Below are positions 49,583 through 53,160 of a stretch of DNA of 53,160 bases, in pieces. The notes below the pieces were generated by a model. It worked only from the letters and a program-made list of their open reading frames with translations. It searched no databases and was not told the DNA's origin. The first letter of the stretch is position 1; each line of letters begins with the position of its first letter. The position numbers were made by a program, and so were the translations under genes. The stretch is from Rubripirellula sp. (GTDB taxonomy: Bacteria > Planctomycetota > Planctomycetia > Pirellulales > Pirellulaceae). Location of the stretch: positions 1 through 53,160 of the forward strand of contig JBPCVD010000761.1 in the NCBI GenBank assembly GCA_051010815.1, given 5' to 3'.

Positions 49583-50524
49583 ATGGGCCGAATGATGAAG
49601 CCGAAGGTAACACGAATTCTGTGCGGATTGCTGGGGTTGATTACGATCTCCAACAGCGGATGTCGCGCCATTCGGCACTTCGGTGAGGGCAGGCAGTCGA
49701 TCGCCGCGCGGCGTCTCTCTGGACAAGGATTCCAGGCGATGCACGACGGCCAGTGGGAAATCGCCGAAACGCTGTTCACCGACGCGCTGGAGGTCTCGAC
49801 GGCTGACGATCGTGCCCATTGGGGCCTGGCGGAGTCTTACTGGAAGCGTCAGGAAACCGAGCTTGCGATCGAGCAGATGGAACAGGCAGTCCGCCTGAGT
49901 GCGGGTGATCCCAAAATGGTCCAACGCCTGGGACACATGTATCTGCAGATCGGAAGACTTCAAGAGGCTGAGTCACACAGTCTATGGGCGCTCGAGACAG
50001 AGCGTGATTCAGCTCAGGCCTGGGCGTTGCGTGGCAATTACCTGAAAGCTGCGGGCAAAGACGACGAAGCGCTGGCAGCTTACCACCGAGCACTCGCGTT
50101 GCAGCCCGATTACCCCCAAGTTCAGTTGCAAGCCGCAGAGATCTATCACCTGAATCTCGAGTACGACCGGCTGCTGGCAACCCTGGATCGTTTGCAAGAC
50201 AGTGTCGGCACGGATGCCGCACCGGCGCGCGTTGACGTGTTGCGGGGAATCGCGATGAGGAATCACGAACGCTTCGAAGAAGCGCGGCGATGTTTTGCGC
50301 GCGCCTCAATCAAACCTGATGCCGATGCGACGGCCCACTTGGAATTGGCATCATTGGAAATGCAGACCGGCAACATTCCGCAAGCTCGTGCTTCCTTGGA
50401 AGTCGCCCATCAGATCGATCCCGACCTGGTCCGCGACGGCAGGTGGATGGAACAGCTGGACGATCACGAGCAAAGATTGGCGAAAGAGCCAACTGAAACT
50501 CCTGGCGTACCACAGCGTCGCTAA
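49583..50524 (+). CDS. tetratricopeptide-repeat lipoprotein
   Basis: Lipobox-like ISNSGC and multiple TPR-pattern helices (AxxxLA/LG...A...Y/F..A...P). Confidence 0.85.
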   Translation: MGRMMKPKVTRILCGLLGLITISNSGCRAIRHFGEGRQSIAARRLSGQGFQAMHDGQWEIAETLFTDALEVSTADDRAHWGLAESYWKRQETELAIEQMEQAVRLSAGDPKMVQRLGHMYLQIGRLQEAESHSLWALETERDSAQAWALRGNYLKAAGKDDEALAAYHRALALQPDYPQVQLQAAEIYHLNLEYDRLLATLDRLQDSVGTDAAPARVDVLRGIAMRNHERFEEARRCFARASIKPDADATAHLELASLEMQTGNIPQARASLEVAHQIDPDLVRDGRWMEQLDDHEQRLAKEPTETPGVPQRR

Positions 50525-50759
50525 TCAAAACGATGTGTTGTACGGATCGTAACGAAAACTCCGGTGTGGTCAGCGACTTTACCTTTCGTTTTAGTATTCC
50601 TAGCGGTAATCACTAAACCGACGCCGGCTAAGAGAGTTCGGGGATTTCATCACGGACACTCGACCCGCACAGTCTTTCTGGGCTAGGTTTTCTTCGGATG
50701 CTCACTCTGGGCGAATCCGCAATTGTCTTTGCAACCCGCGTTTCAATTGAGAGCCTTTA

Positions 50760-51053
50760 ATGTCGCTGCAAAACGCACCGAGCCACTCGACCTCCGCATA
50801 CCCGGTCAGATCGACTTCCGCACCAGAACTGGAGCGAGTTGGATTCGTTGAACGTCGGGGCAGCGACGGAGACGTCACGACACAAGCTGAACGTCGCCAA
50901 TTCGGCAGCTCTCACGCCGAACTCTCGGACGATGGGCGTGAACTCGCTCTTGCGATCGATCGCTACAAGATCGAGAACCATCGTCGATACCTTACCTGCG
51001 ATGAATTATTGGTTGTGATCGCAGAACTCGGCTTCACCAAAGACGCTACTTGA
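50760..51053 (+). CDS. small hypothetical protein (planctomycete type)
   Basis: Fills the gap between the TPR and CNNM genes; ERRQF.SSH.ELS...ELA.AIDxYK...RRY helical core. Confidence 0.72.
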   Translation: MSLQNAPSHSTSAYPVRSTSAPELERVGFVERRGSDGDVTTQAERRQFGSSHAELSDDGRELALAIDRYKIENHRRYLTCDELLVVIAELGFTKDAT

Positions 51054-51987
51054 TAAGCGGGTGAATCAACTGACGACGAGTGACGATATTTCGCACGTTG
51101 CCGTTATCATCAAACAACACCGCTACCTCACTGACGGCGTCATACATCCGTAGCAGGACCTGAAGATGCCGATCCTCTACACGACAACGGATCACAGGTT
51201 GCAGCTCTAGACTTGGTTCCGCACTGCACAAGTCGGCATACCATAGGAAGCCTACGATTCGTTCGTTTCGCTTGACCAACACCATGGGATGATTGTGTCG
51301 GCGAGCACCGTTACGAGCCTTCTCCGCGTCAACCGGTGCGGAAACGAAGGCAAATCTGTCGACGGGAACACCAAAAGAAACTGCCGGCTGGTTTCCAACC
51401 TCAAATAGCTGCTGAGCTAGAGAGCGTTGTCCCGCCGCCAAGATCCCAGCCTCATGGCCGTGCCGAAGAACCTGATCCAGTTCGCCCCGCGCCATCGCTA
51501 GCCGAAGTTGAAACGGCGTCTGCCTGGTAATTCGCTGCAAGGCCCTGCCGAGCAAGCTCAGAATCAATGAGATCGGCGCAAATATTACGGTTGCCGCCAA
51601 CAGTATCGGCCGCGTCGCGTGAATCAATCGATAGGGCGCATGGTAGAAGAGATACTTGGGAAGAAGTTCCCCAAACACAAACACGATGGGAGTCAGGCAC
51701 ATTGGGCCGAGCAACTCCGCGGTTGAACCGGAACCAAAGAAGGTTGCGACTCCCATCACGATTGCGAGACTGGTTAGGTAGTTGGCAAGATTATTCCCCA
51801 CCAAGGTGGTGGCGACGAAAATCGTGGGATGATTCAACAGCCACACGATCCCACGGGCCGACCGCGAACCGCTCAAACCATCCAGCACGAGTCGAGTCCG
51901 CGAAACGCGATACAAACCCGTCTCGCTACCACTGAAGAACGCGCTAAGCATTAGCCCGATCGCGAATAGGATGCTCGCCAAAATCAA
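51046..51987 (-). CDS. CNNM/DUF21 domain membrane protein with degenerate CBS region
   Basis: LSAFFSGSETG, TLVGNNLAN, FVFGELLPK. Confidence 0.88.
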   Translation of the reverse strand: MILASILFAIGLMLSAFFSGSETGLYRVSRTRLVLDGLSGSRSARGIVWLLNHPTIFVATTLVGNNLANYLTSLAIVMGVATFFGSGSTAELLGPMCLTPIVFVFGELLPKYLFYHAPYRLIHATRPILLAATVIFAPISLILSLLGRALQRITRQTPFQLRLAMARGELDQVLRHGHEAGILAAGQRSLAQQLFEVGNQPAVSFGVPVDRFAFVSAPVDAEKARNGARRHNHPMVLVKRNERIVGFLWYADLCSAEPSLELQPVIRCRVEDRHLQVLLRMYDAVSEVAVLFDDNGNVRNIVTRRQLIHPLIK

Positions 51988-53160
51988 TTGACCGCCTCCG
52001 ACTCGGATTCATCCTTCACGACATCAATCCAGATTCCGTCCTCTTCGGAATCCAACACGGTCAACACGTAGTCACCAAGGGTCGCTTGATCACCCGTGCG
52101 TGGCAGTCGCTCGTTTTGTCGTTGAATGAGGCCCGCGACGGTCGTGATCGCCTCCCCAGGCGTCTCCGCGCCCAGTCGCTTCGACAATTCCCTGACACTC
52201 ACCGATCCCGAAACCCGATAATGTTCCGTCGCGACTTCTTGAATCACCGCCTCGCCGAACAGATCCTCCTGGTGCCGTGGTGCCAAGACACGACGCATGA
52301 TTCCGTCAATCGAAACCGCCCCAACCAACTCACCGAATTCGTTTACAACCGCAGCTACCGATCGCTGTTCTTCGTTCAAACGATCAAGCACCTGCGATAC
52401 GGGAGCCGACCATGGAACACATATCACCGGCTCGCAGCTGGCGTGCAAGTCATCAAGTTGACTAGGGCGAAGCATACGCACCGGTACCGCCTTGATGATC
52501 ATTTCTCCCGCCGCATCGGTCACCATCAAATAGCCGCTCGGCAGTACGCCACTCTCGACGATACTGCGATCTGGTGGATCAACGCATGTCCATAATTTGT
52601 TTCTCGGCCGCATCAACTCGCTAACTCTGGTCTCAGCGATCTCCACCAATCCTCGCAGCGCCACCCGCTCTCTCTGCAGCAACGCTGCGTCGTCGGTACC
52701 GAGTTCGATCGCCCGCTCGATGTCCGCGAGATCGATTTCGGGTTCTGGCTTGAACGTGGGCCAAATGAGCCGACTGACCGCGAGATTGGTAACGTTGACA
52801 ACCGGCAAGACAGGTCCGACGACTCCGACCGCAAGCGAAAGCGGGGGTCCGACCAACACAGAGATGCGGACCGGAGCCATCACAGCAACGCTCTTTGGCA
52901 ACATCTCGCTGAAGAAGATGATCGTGAGCAGGCTCAACACCGTAAACGCAATCGCCGCAGACGGACCGAAGGATTCATTGTCATCCAGTCTCGATCCAAC
53001 GATCGCCGCAATCGCAAAGTACGTCATGTTGATCAGCAGATTCCAAAACAGAATCGCCGACAACAATCTTTCCGGGTCGGAGAGCAAGTCCGATGAAATC
53101 CGACCACCGATCCCAGCCCTTGATAAGCTTTTGCGCGTCCGATGGTTCAAGGAGAACAAC
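51984..53160 (-). CDS. CNNM/DUF21-CBS-CorC_HlyC (hemolysin/TlyC family) protein, 5' end outside the window
   Basis: LLSAILFWNLLIN, FSEMLPK, MRPR, VVNEFG, TTVAGLI...RLPxxGD. Confidence 0.9.
   Translation of the reverse strand, partial: LFSLNHRTRKSLSRAGIGGRISSDLLSDPERLLSAILFWNLLINMTYFAIAAIVGSRLDDNESFGPSAAIAFTVLSLLTIIFFSEMLPKSVAVMAPVRISVLVGPPLSLAVGVVGPVLPVVNVTNLAVSRLIWPTFKPEPEIDLADIERAIELGTDDAALLQRERVALRGLVEIAETRVSELMRPRNKLWTCVDPPDRSIVESGVLPSGYLMVTDAAGEMIIKAVPVRMLRPSQLDDLHASCEPVICVPWSAPVSQVLDRLNEEQRSVAAVVNEFGELVGAVSIDGIMRRVLAPRHQEDLFGEAVIQEVATEHYRVSGSVSVRELSKRLGAETPGEAITTVAGLIQRQNERLPRTGDQATLGDYVLTVLDSEEDGIWIDVVKDESESEAVN

Noticed and set aside
49444-49779. Upstream extension of the 252-aa minus-strand ORF
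   Set aside because: It overlaps the TPR lipoprotein start on the opposite strand; the protein-like sequence begins at ATG 49443.

Overview
This 53 kb window is gene-dense chromosomal DNA from a planctomycete, probably Pirellulaceae (Rhodopirellula/Rubripirellula/Stieleria-like). The inference rests on a PSCyt/PSD1 cytochrome + DUF1501 pair, many exported PQQ/FG-GAP propellers and prenyltransferase-repeat proteins. It holds about 43 CDS. These include a partial flagellar motor operon (flbD-motA-motB-fliL-fliN-fliO) and a separate flgM, housekeeping genes (mutM, trpB, a Fur-family regulator, a TIGR03960-type radical SAM), transporters (ABC, SSS, CDF, two CNNM) and a block of exported glycan-modifying enzymes. 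I found no tRNA, rRNA, CRISPR array or mobile element. The best candidate for an undescribed system is a three-gene operon at 24778-27834: a DUF4956 membrane protein, a VTC polyphosphate-polymerase-like protein and a signal-peptide-bearing dikinase with glucan-water-dikinase-like domain order. The dikinase sits where a CotH kinase is usually found, which suggests an extracytoplasmic phosphorylation module. All family calls come from reading motifs by eye; no database searches were run.
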